Shown in pieces: positions 20,236-29,050 of a DNA stretch of 64,000 bases; the stretch's first letter is position 1, and every line of letters begins with the position of its first letter. The stretch covers positions 1 through 64,000 of the forward strand of contig CAVYXA010000006.1 in the NCBI GenBank assembly GCA_963772365.1, given 5' to 3'. The translations under genes were made by a program, and so were the position numbers. The stretch comes from an uncultured Verrucomicrobiae bacterium (lineage in GTDB: Bacteria > Verrucomicrobiota > Verrucomicrobiia > Chthoniobacterales > UBA10450). The notes beneath the pieces were generated by a model that was not told where the DNA came from, made no database searches, and saw nothing but the letters and a program-made list of their open reading frames with translations.

Positions 20236-20357
20236 CGGGAAAGGAGCGAATAATCTGCTCCAGGAAATTCAAAAACCAAGCGTTTTTGAGAGCGCACGGG
20301 CGCAATACTCGACCGGCAACGACGTCGCCGGGAAGATCACGAAGCGAATTGACTCAG

Positions 20358-21032
20358 TTATTTCCGACGCTTCCGGCGCAGGATGCGAACCAACGGCAAT
20401 GCGCCGAGCGCGAGCAAAGTCATGGTGCTCGCCTCAGGAACTTGATGGAACGATTGTGCGACTTCGGAGATGGTCACAAACCCGCCATTGGTCACACCAA
20501 AGGCGATATCTTTCGTGACGCGTAGAAATGGGAGAGCCGGGTCGACGTCGAGGTTATCTCCCGGTTCTCCAAATGGATCACTGAGGTCCTTGACGTCCAA
20601 ATGACTATTCGCAACCACATTGCCAGCCTGGTTTCGAGCGACTTCGTCCACAGAAAGGAATGTGCCGTCACCGTTTGCACTGCCTGCATAGTACTGGTCG
20701 ATCATCGATATGAGGCCGGCGGTCGAGGTCACGGTATAGTTCAACAGCAAATCCGCCGTAGCCGTGCCGCCGCTTATGATACTCATGTTTCCGGCATAGG
20801 TCAGGTAATAGACTCCGCCTTGAATCGAAGCCGTGACCTGAATTTGCGACGGATCGAAATCTGTCAATCCACTCGCCGAGAAACTGAAACCACCAAAAAT
20901 TTTGTCGCCAATAGTGAGCGTCCCGCCGGTTGTGGCCAGGTGAAGCAAATTGTCTGATGATTGCGCAAAAGCGGGCAATGCCAATGTCGCCAGCGCAGCC
21001 GCGACAGCCAAATTGATAAAAGTCTTTTTCAC
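20358..21032 (-). CDS. PEP-CTERM sorting-domain protein
   Basis: Signal peptide; C-terminal VPEAST + TM + RRKRRK; GGAGG RBS before GTG. Confidence 0.85.
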   Translation of the reverse strand: MKKTFINLAVAAALATLALPAFAQSSDNLLHLATTGGTLTIGDKIFGGFSFSASGLTDFDPSQIQVTASIQGGVYYLTYAGNMSIISGGTATADLLLNYTVTSTAGLISMIDQYYAGSANGDGTFLSVDEVARNQAGNVVANSHLDVKDLSDPFGEPGDNLDVDPALPFLRVTKDIAFGVTNGGFVTISEVAQSFHQVPEASTMTLLALGALPLVRILRRKRRK

Positions 21033-21193
21033 TGATCCTCCTGGTTGTGATGTTGAACCAGCATCGTTATGCGCAGGATGGTGGTCAGCCGTCAAGAAAA
21101 AAACTGACATTTTTTCAGTTTTTTTGCCAACCGCGCCGGGCTGCTTGCGCTTGCTTTTCGTTTTCCTCGGGCGTAACAGAAATACGCTGCACC

Positions 21194-21904
21194 ATGCGCG
21201 TTTTCTATATTTTATTGCTGTTTACAGCGGCTATGATCGCTTCCGCCTGGGCCGATCTGACTTTGGTTCAGAACGTTCAGGGAACCGGTTCCCCTAGCGA
21301 GGTAACAATCAAAATCAAAGGCGACAAAGTTCGCATCGATGCTTCGCCCAATGTGACCACCATCTTTAATAGCGGCAGTGGAGAGCTGATCAACCTGATG
21401 AAGGAAGAAAAGCGAGTCGTGCGAATTCCGGCGGACAAACTGAAGGCGGCAGCCGAAATGATCAGCAAATTCAGCTCACGGAAAAAGGTCGCGGAAAAGC
21501 CGAAGCTGACAGCCACTGGCCGGAAGGAAACAATCAATGGATATGAGACCCAGGAATACGTTTACGACGGGCCCGATTTCAAAGCTGTTTACTGGATCGC
21601 GACTGACTACCCGAATGGCGCGGAGATTCTCAAGCAGTTACAAGCCATAAAAACAGATGCTTGGAACGTCACTGGCATGAATTGGCCGGACTATCACGAT
21701 TTCCCCGGGCTTCCGCTCAGGACTCATTTCACATCGAAAAATGCCGCCGCTGCCGGCGCCGATATTACGAGCACCATCGTCTCTGTAAACCAGGATCCCG
21801 TGAGCGACTCCGAATTCACCGTTCCCTCGGATTTCAAGGAAGTGAAGGTCCCGGACATCTTTGGCGGGAAAGAATCTGAGCCGCCGGTTTCACCGACTCC
21901 GTGA
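21194..21904 (+). CDS. DUF4412-like secreted protein
   Basis: Signal peptide, TGRKETINGY, FTVPSDFKE. Confidence 0.75.
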   Translation: MRVFYILLLFTAAMIASAWADLTLVQNVQGTGSPSEVTIKIKGDKVRIDASPNVTTIFNSGSGELINLMKEEKRVVRIPADKLKAAAEMISKFSSRKKVAEKPKLTATGRKETINGYETQEYVYDGPDFKAVYWIATDYPNGAEILKQLQAIKTDAWNVTGMNWPDYHDFPGLPLRTHFTSKNAAAAGADITSTIVSVNQDPVSDSEFTVPSDFKEVKVPDIFGGKESEPPVSPTP

Positions 21905-21913
21905 GAACTCGCG

Positions 21914-22505
21914 ATGGGCGAAGCGACTGTGTTGCTGCTTGCTTCGACCTCACCCCGCCGCGCAGAATTACTCGTTCAGGCTGGTTTTGAATTTGAAGTC
22001 GTTTCGCCTGCGGCCAGGGAACGCGCCGATGTCGATCTTACGCTGCGCGAAGTGACATTGCTCAATGCGATCCGGAAAGGAATGCCGATCGCGCGTTCAC
22101 ATCCCGATCAGGTCGTACTCGCAGCCGACACTCTGGTAGCGCTGCACGATGAGGTAATCGGTAAGCCTGTCGATCTCAAGAATGCCGCCCGCATCCTTCG
22201 ACGCCTAAGCGGACAAACTCACGAAGTTTGTTCGGCTGTACTGAATATATCATCGTAGAACCGGACGTTCGACAGTGTTTCAGGAAATTTCCCACGTGCG
22301 CTTTTTCCGACTGAACGACGAATGGATCGAGAACTATTTCAGAAAAGTAAATCCGCTCGACAAGGCGGGTGCTTACGCCGCGCAACGAGAAGGCGCGGAC
22401 ATCATCGACAAGATTGAAGGCTCCTATTCGAATGTAGTCGGTTTGCCCATGGAAAAGACCGTTGCCGCGCTGGCTGCGTTCGGCATTCGACCGAAGAGTC
22501 GCTGA
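21914..22505 (+). CDS. maf: Maf-family nucleotide pyrophosphatase (frameshifted near 22250)
   Basis: LASTSPRR, AADTLV, GKP; second part DKAGAY...NVVGLP. Confidence 0.88.
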
Positions 22506-22608
22506 GAAAAAACCGGCCGACTATTTGCGAGATCATTGAAGTATTTCCTCGGGCTACAAAAATACCCTTGCAACAATTTGGCGGGATTTGTTACACGGTA
22601 ATATCTTT

Positions 22609-23292
22609 ATGCAATTGTCCGCGAACGCTCGCGCGCGAGGGGCACGCGAGCGAAAATGGCGGGTCGTGGTAGTCGGTGACACGTGTGTCAGCGAACAAGG
22701 AATGGCCACGATTCTTGGACGCGATAAAAGATATCAGATCTGCGGCAGTGCACATGGTTTCTATGATGCGGGCGAACTAATCCGAAAACATTGCCCGGAT
22801 ATTCTCTTGATCGAGCCGTTCCTGGAAGATCGTGACGGCATTCGCTGGATTAACGATCTGGCGACTGAATTTTCCCGCACGCGGATTCTAATTGTGTCAC
22901 GGCAACCGGAACACACCTATGCCGAGCGCGCACTCCACGCCGGCGCAGCCGGCTATTGGATGAAAAACGGATCGGCAGAGGAACTGTTGCGCGCGGTCCA
23001 GGCGGTGGCAGCGGGTGAAATTTATGTGAGTCCGTTGATCACTGCGCGGGCCGTACAGAAGTTCGCCCGACGGGATCACGCCCCGGAGGGGCTAGAGCTC
23101 CTCAGTGATCGGGAGCTGTCGATCTTCTCGTTAATCGCCGGCGGGCAAGGAGTCGGCCGGATTGCGAACCAGCTCGGCATTAGCCGCAAGACGGTCGAGA
23201 GTCATTGTGAGCATATCAAACTGAAACTCGGCTATGCCAGTGCCGAAGAACTGCGGCGCGGCGCCCGCGGATTATTGGGGAACTCAGAATAA
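22609..23292 (+). CDS. NarL/LuxR-type response regulator with atypical receiver domain
   Basis: REC + LSDRE...SRKTVESH HTH; Glu at the phosphoacceptor position (PDILLIE). Confidence 0.85.
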   Translation: MQLSANARARGARERKWRVVVVGDTCVSEQGMATILGRDKRYQICGSAHGFYDAGELIRKHCPDILLIEPFLEDRDGIRWINDLATEFSRTRILIVSRQPEHTYAERALHAGAAGYWMKNGSAEELLRAVQAVAAGEIYVSPLITARAVQKFARRDHAPEGLELLSDRELSIFSLIAGGQGVGRIANQLGISRKTVESHCEHIKLKLGYASAEELRRGARGLLGNSE

Positions 23293-23339
23293 TTGACTGG
23301 GGATCCCTGATGATGGATTTGGGGAATGGAATGTCAGAG

Positions 23340-23354
23340 TGGCACGGGCTTTGC
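23340..23354 (+). promoter_or_regulatory. putative sigma-54 promoter
   Basis: TGGCACGGGCTTTGC matches the -24/-12 consensus TGGCAC-N5-TTGC; upstream of the large secreted protein gene. Confidence 0.55.
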
Positions 23355-23565
23355 CCCGCGTTCGTTAGTCGAAGATTGAACATCTGCCTCGCCCTCCTCG
23401 ATAAACGCTTCAGAGATTTTTTAGTTCCGAAGCAGGGTTCTCCCTGATAGCACAATCGGGGATTCTGTAGGTGCAAAATTCCGTGCTTTTCCGCGATATA
23501 CGGCGATCGGCAAAGTTCCCTACTCTTTCGGAACTTAGAGAAAACTAACTAACCCTGAAAGAAAG

Positions 23566-26500
23566 ATGAATATTCCAAAGTTTTTTAGCTCCCGCATCGG
23601 CAAAGATCGACGCACCGCGCTCCTTCTGTGTGAGGATTCAATCAAGAGCAAGCAATCTCTTAAGCACAGTAGACTTCGGTGGCCTCGCCTCGTCGCGATG
23701 ATCGCTGCAGCGTCGGCTAGCGTGACGTTGTGCGTATTTGCCACGAGCAATCCACCTACTGCGAAACCATCCAAGAATGTAACAGGAACGGGTGCGCCAT
23801 CCGTGACTCCGTACGTCGACATTGCGTCGGCGGGTCCGCTTGCCCATGTCTGGATCGGTAACGAGCTAAGCTGCCAGGTTCAACACATGATGGATGGAAA
23901 TACACACGAGTTCTACCCCCCTAACACGATTCCGGGTGATTGCGGCACTTTCATCGCCATGGCCGGGACGCTTTATGCACCGGATTTCAACAACCATGGA
24001 CTCACGTACACGCAAAATCTCGGGGCGCGCACGGTGTTCACGCCTATCAGCCAAACCCCCGTAACCGGCTCTGGCACGACTGCCGATCCGTACAAAGTTG
24101 TTACGGGTTGTTGGTGTCCCCGCCACGGGACTTGAAATCGAGCAGACCGATAAGTACGTCGTCGGCGAAGAGCATTACACAAGCGACGTCAAGATCATCA
24201 ATCAGGGTGGCTCCATGGCTTGCGGCATCCTCTATCGCGCTGCGGACGCGTTCCTCGGAGAATCCGATTCCGGCTACGGCTTCACCAACGTCTTCGGGAC
24301 GCGCAATGCCGTGGGTTGCTCCTTCAATCCAAACAATATGCCGCCCGACAGAATCGAAGAATGGATTCCGTCAACCGGCGGGAACAATTTCTACGAGGCC
24401 TTCTACAGCCAAGTTTGGAGTCAGATCGGCACCAAAACGCCTTTCCCCGATACGTGCCGCTGCGCGGACAACATTGATAACGGTGCCGGCATCAGTTGGA
24501 ACTTCTGCGTTGCAGCTGGTGAATCCGTCACGTACTCGCATGTGACAACGTTTTCGCCTCTTGGCTTGGAAGGGCTCGTTACTTCGAAGACTGCTGATAG
24601 CCCGACGTCGCACATCGGAGCGCAAAACGGATACACAATCACCATCACGAATCCGAACCCGAATCCCGTCACGCTGAATTCGATTACGGATACCCTCCCT
24701 GCGGGGTTTAGCTACGTCCTAGGTTCGACCTCGGGGGTGACCACCAATGATCCGGCCGCCAACGGACAGATGCTTAGTTGGAGCGGCCCGTTTATTGTCG
24801 CGGCGAACAGCTCGGTCTCCCTTCACTTTGCGGTCATCGTTGCGAGCATTTCTGGCGATTACTTTAACGAGGCGGGCGGCGACGCCGCTGGCGGCTACAC
24901 CGTGATCGGCACGGGCCCAACCGCTCAAATCACCGCGCTGGGTGAAGTGTTTTCAGCGGAGCAATGTTGTGGCGAGAAACCGCATTTCAATGATCCCGAG
25001 TACGCGACCTATACCGGCCGGGTTGCAGTGACGACCAGTTTTGCCGTCGACGACACAGATGACGAGCACGGTTGGGTGCTGGCCATCTTTGACCTAAAAG
25101 ACCAAGAAAACGGTTGCTGCAATTATAACTACGTGCCTCCGTTCTATCACGGCCCAACCGGCATGCATTGGACGCGGTCACACATGGGGAGCCAGCAACT
25201 GGGAAGCATTTTCGGGGTCACACTGGACGAAACAGGCAACATCTACACCACAGCCAGCACAGCCTACAGTGTCGACGTCTTTCCGAATGGCGGAACCGGG
25301 GGAGAGATATACAAGATCGACGGAATCACCGGGTTGGTTAGCACCTTCCACACGCTGCCCAATACTGGACACGCAGGGCTAGGGAATATTACTTACGATT
25401 GCGTGCACGAAAGGTTCTATGTTAGCGATATCGATAATGGTCTCATCTACGAGCTCGATCAAAACGGTAACGAACTAAGCTCCTGGGACCATGGACACAA
25501 TCTTCCGACAGCACACCCACCGGAGCCGAGAATTGACGATGATTCCTTACCATTTACGCCGCTGGGGCGCAGAGTATGGGGGCTGCAGGCGCAGAACGGG
25601 CGGCTTTATTACGGTATTTGGTGGGAAGATTTAGGGCGCCCTAGTCCGACACACGCCAACGAAATCTGGTCCATCGCCCTAGACGCGAATGGCGGCTTTG
25701 TGACTGGGACGGATCAACTGGAAATCACCATGCCTGTGATCACAGTGAATGGCCAAGTTCAGAATTATTCCAATCCTGTTTCCGATATCAGCTTTGGCCC
25801 CGCGGGGACGATGCTGCTAACAGAGCGCAGCATGAGCGATGATTCTAACCCTGGGGCTCATCAATCGCGCGCCGTTGAATGCGCTCTTAGCGGCGGGGTC
25901 TGGACCTGCGACCCCGCGAAATTTAGGATTAGTACTTTGTATCCTCCTGGAAGCTGCGCCGGCGGTGGCGATTACGATTTTAGCGCTGGCGGCAGGGTGT
26001 GGGTATCGGGCGATGCGTTGCACCTTGGCAACCCGGATTCCATCTATGGGCTGCAGGGGCTGCCCAGTGCTGGTGGCAGCATAGTGGAGAGCATTTTGAT
26101 TGACCTCAATCGCGACCTGACTTCTCTTGACAAGACGCGAATTGGCGATGTCGAAGTTCCCTGCCCTGATTGTGAAATAAACGGCACGGTCGTTACGCCG
26201 TCCACGATCGGGGGTCCTTATACCTACCAGTTCACTATCACGAATCATTCGAATCAGGCAGCCAGTACGATTGTGCTCCTTCCGATAAGTGGTGTGACTT
26301 CAATCGATCCCCCCGGATTCCACTTCGACCAGCCACTCCTGCCTGGCCAGATGAGCCGAATGTACACTGTCACCTTGAATGGCGTTCAGCCTGGTGTCCA
26401 AGCCTGCTTCAATATCGCTTTGGTCGCTACGAACGGCAGCACGTGTTGCTCGCAACAGTTATGCGTTCCGATACCGAGCTGTTTCGAGGTCCTGGAGCAG

Positions 26501-27304
26501 CATGTCGATTGTCTGCCGAACAATATGGCAAGGCTGACGATGACAATCAAAAACCTTGAGACTTACACGCTCTACTATGCGGAAGTTATTCCGTGGGATC
26601 CCAGCAAGACGGCGACGCCTTTCACTCTGAACCCTCCGGTGCCGCCTCTCGGAACGACGACGATACAGACGATCATCTCACCGGTCGCGCCGGGCGAGAC
26701 CGTTCTCTACACTTTGACAGTCCACTATTCCGATCTGGAGACCTGTTGTTCCAGAGACCTTACTTTCACGGCCAATTGCGCGCAGGCTGGGCCGGGGTTG
26801 CTGAGTGCTGTGTCGCGAATGACTCATGGCGCAGGGGGGGACTTCGATATTCCTTTGCCCCTGGACGGAACGCCAGGCATTGAGGATCGGGGGAGCGCCC
26901 CCGGAAGCCTGACTCTGGTCTTCACTTTCGACGAAGATGTAGCCGGCGGCGACGCGATGGTCATGGAAGGAGCGGCTACTGTTAATGGACCGCCTACTTT
27001 TAGCGACAATCAGATGTTCGTAAACCTTACCGGCGTTGCCGATGCCCAGACGATCAAGCTCCAGCTCGATGTGATGGACATTAATGGCCACATGCATAGT
27101 CCCCAGACTGTACGCGTATCCATCCTTTACGGTGACGTTACCGGCAACGGGGTTGTAAATGCGAGTGACGTTGCGCTGACAAAATCACACCTTGGTGAAC
27201 CGGTTAATTCAACAAACTTCCGCTCGGACGTGAACAAGAACGGCAGCATTAACGCCAGCGACGTGTCGTTCGTGAAATCGCACGTCGGTGATGGGCTACC
27301 GTAG
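23566..27304 (+). CDS. large secreted multidomain protein (DUF11-like, beta-propeller-like, Cys-rich, C-terminal dockerin); frameshift near 24110
   Basis: ORFs 23566-24135 and 24098-27304 join (DPYKVVT / VVGVPAT); SKTAD...YTITITN...DTLPAGF; paired GDVTGNGVVNASD / SDVNKNGSINASD. Confidence 0.8.
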
Positions 27305-27342
27305 ACTTCTAGTTTGTAACGCAATTCGCCAAGAACTATTTG

Positions 27343-27418
27343 CTGTAGCGGCGCTCTATGAGCGTCGCTATCCTTAATGCGAGGTGAGTTTGCTACCGGT
27401 CACAGACCGGCGCTGCAG
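27343..27418. repeat. GTAG-type REP-like element
   Basis: CTGTAGCGGCGCTCTATGAGCGTCG ... GGTCACAGACCGGCGCTGCAG. Confidence 0.75.
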
Positions 27419-27534
27419 AGTCACTTTCGCGCCAGCAACTGCCGCAGAACGAAGGGGAGAATGCCTCCGTGTTTGTAATAATCGATCTCGATCGGTGTAT
27501 CGATCCGGAGCTTCACCGGCACCGATCGTTTTTC

Positions 27535-27564
27535 CCTGCCCGCCGTAGCCTTGGCGGAGGAGGG
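27535..27564. repeat. 30-nt element inserted in frame ([10 protein letters not shown])
   Basis: CCTGCCCGCCGTAGCCTTGGCGGAGGAGGG is absent from the other acnA copy. Confidence 0.75.
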
Positions 27565-27901
27565 TCCATCTTTGCCTTTGATCTCGAGCGTGAGTTGTTG
27601 TCCTGGTTGGATCGAGTCGGATAAGCCTGTGATCGAGAAGATCTCCGATCCGTCGAGCCCGAGAGATTGCGGATTGGTTCCCTCGGCGAATTGCAATGGC
27701 AACACGCCCATCCCGACGAGGTTCGATCGATGAATCCGTTCGTAACTAGCGGCGATCACTGCTTTGACGCCAAGAAGACGCGTTCCCTTCGCTGCCCAAT
27801 CGCGCGATGAGCCTGTTCCGTATTCGTGACCAGCGAGAATGACCAGAGGAATCTTTTCCTCCTGATATTTCATCGCGGCGTCGAAGATCGACATCTGGTC
27901 G

Positions 27902-27966
27902 CCTGTAGTGGCCGCTGTCTCAGCGGCAGACGCAGATTTGCCGCCGGGGACGGCGGCCTCTACAGG
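27902..27966. repeat. GTAG-type palindrome inside acnA-fragment coding sequence
   Basis: CCTGTAG...CTACAGG inverted repeat; same element at 29500-29570. Confidence 0.85.
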
Positions 27967-28251
27967 AAAATATTTCGTACTCCACCCTCGGTGCCGGGCA
28001 CCATCAGGTTTTTGATACGTACGTTTGCGAACGTGCCGCGTGTCATGACCAGATCATTTCCCCGGCGCGAGCCATAGCTGTTGAACTCCTGCGGTTGAAT
28101 CCCGTGCGAAATCAAGTACCGCCGCGCTCCGCCTTTATCGCCGAGGGCTCACCGGTTCAAATTCTACGTCGCCAGCAATTGACGTAGCATGTCCTGACGG
28201 TTATTGGCGGACGAGAACAGGCGGATTTGTCATGATTTGATAGATTTGATT

Positions 28252-28276
28252 TTGTGCACAATGTGCACAATACTCT
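28252..28276 (+). promoter_or_regulatory. tandem TGTGCACA palindromic operator and -10-like TACTCT
   Basis: TTGTGCACAA-TGTGCACAA-TACTCT ending 5 nt before the antitoxin ATG. Confidence 0.6.
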
Positions 28277-28281
28277 AAGAT

Positions 28282-28659
28282 ATGACCACGGCATACGTAT
28301 CCGGGCGCGTGCCCGCTCGATTCGAGCGGCTCGTCGCGAGGCAGGCGCGCGGCGCTAAGACTTCAAAGAGCGATCTGGTTGCGCGCTATGTCATTGAAAA
28401 GAGCCTTGAGACCGAGTTTCCCGGTATTTCCTTTCGCGATTCGCTTGCTGGTCGGGAGGCATATGTCTCCGGCCGTCGCGTCGCGATATGGGAAGTGGTC
28501 ACTGTTTATCAGGACACGAACTCTGTGCAAAAAACGGCACAGCATTTCGGCTGGCCATCGGTTGTGGTGAAGCGTGCCCTCGCTTACGCGAAAGCGTTTC
28601 CAGAGGAAGTGGAGCGAGCTCGCGAGGAAGAAACGAATGCCCGACCGGTTGTTGGCTGA
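28282..28659 (+). CDS. DUF433-domain antitoxin with N-terminal RHH-like region
   Basis: FPGISFRD...GRRVAIWEVV...ALAYAKAFPEEV. Confidence 0.8.
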   Translation: MTTAYVSGRVPARFERLVARQARGAKTSKSDLVARYVIEKSLETEFPGISFRDSLAGREAYVSGRRVAIWEVVTVYQDTNSVQKTAQHFGWPSVVVKRALAYAKAFPEEVERAREEETNARPVVG

Positions 28660-29017
28660 CGAGAACACGTCCCATCGATTTGTCTCGGCCTGCCGGCGCC
28701 TTGCCCCAAAGTTCCCCATCGATCACATCGCGGACTGGCAAGGAGGCTCATGGCTTGGCTTGGATGACGCCTCGTTGCTGATTTCATGCGCCGAGGCCAG
28801 GCTGATCCTGGTCGCATTTGATCGCGCGACGCTCGCATGGCACGCCGGGCAGTTGCTCCGTAGCGGCCATGATCACGGTGGGCTCATTCTCTTTCGCCGT
28901 ACCGTTCGCAGCAACGATTACGGTCAGCAGGCACGTTTGCTCACGCGGTTCTGGCTGCACGAGGCGACCGCTTGGGACTGGTTGAATCGCATCGTCTATT
29001 TACCCAAGCCGCCGTAA
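28637..29017 (+). CDS. DUF5615 / PIN-like toxin
   Basis: LLADEN, GLDDASLL, LVAFD, HGGLI; overlaps the DUF433 gene. Confidence 0.8.
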   Translation: MPDRLLADENTSHRFVSACRRLAPKFPIDHIADWQGGSWLGLDDASLLISCAEARLILVAFDRATLAWHAGQLLRSGHDHGGLILFRRTVRSNDYGQQARLLTRFWLHEATAWDWLNRIVYLPKPP

Positions 29018-29050
29018 AGCTCATTCCGGTGGCCGTGTCGCCCGGGTGAT

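Larger units (their letters stand above)
27421..28121 (-). pseudogene. acnA: 5'-truncated diverged duplicate of the acnA 3' end
   Basis: [21 protein letters not shown]...[13 protein letters not shown]...[12 protein letters not shown]; homology starts abruptly mid-gene. Confidence 0.9.

Noticed and set aside
19049..20305. 418-aa ORF running through tRNA-Gly
   Set aside because: The N-terminal extension is read-through of the tRNA gene; the signal peptide begins downstream of it.
21115..21130. Sigma-54 promoter upstream of the PEP-CTERM gene
   Set aside because: TGGC-N7-CTGA lacks the conserved -12 GC.
23505..23545. c-di-GMP-I riboswitch (GGCAAA + hairpin)
   Set aside because: No GNRA tetraloop, no following CGCAAAGC motif and no second stem.
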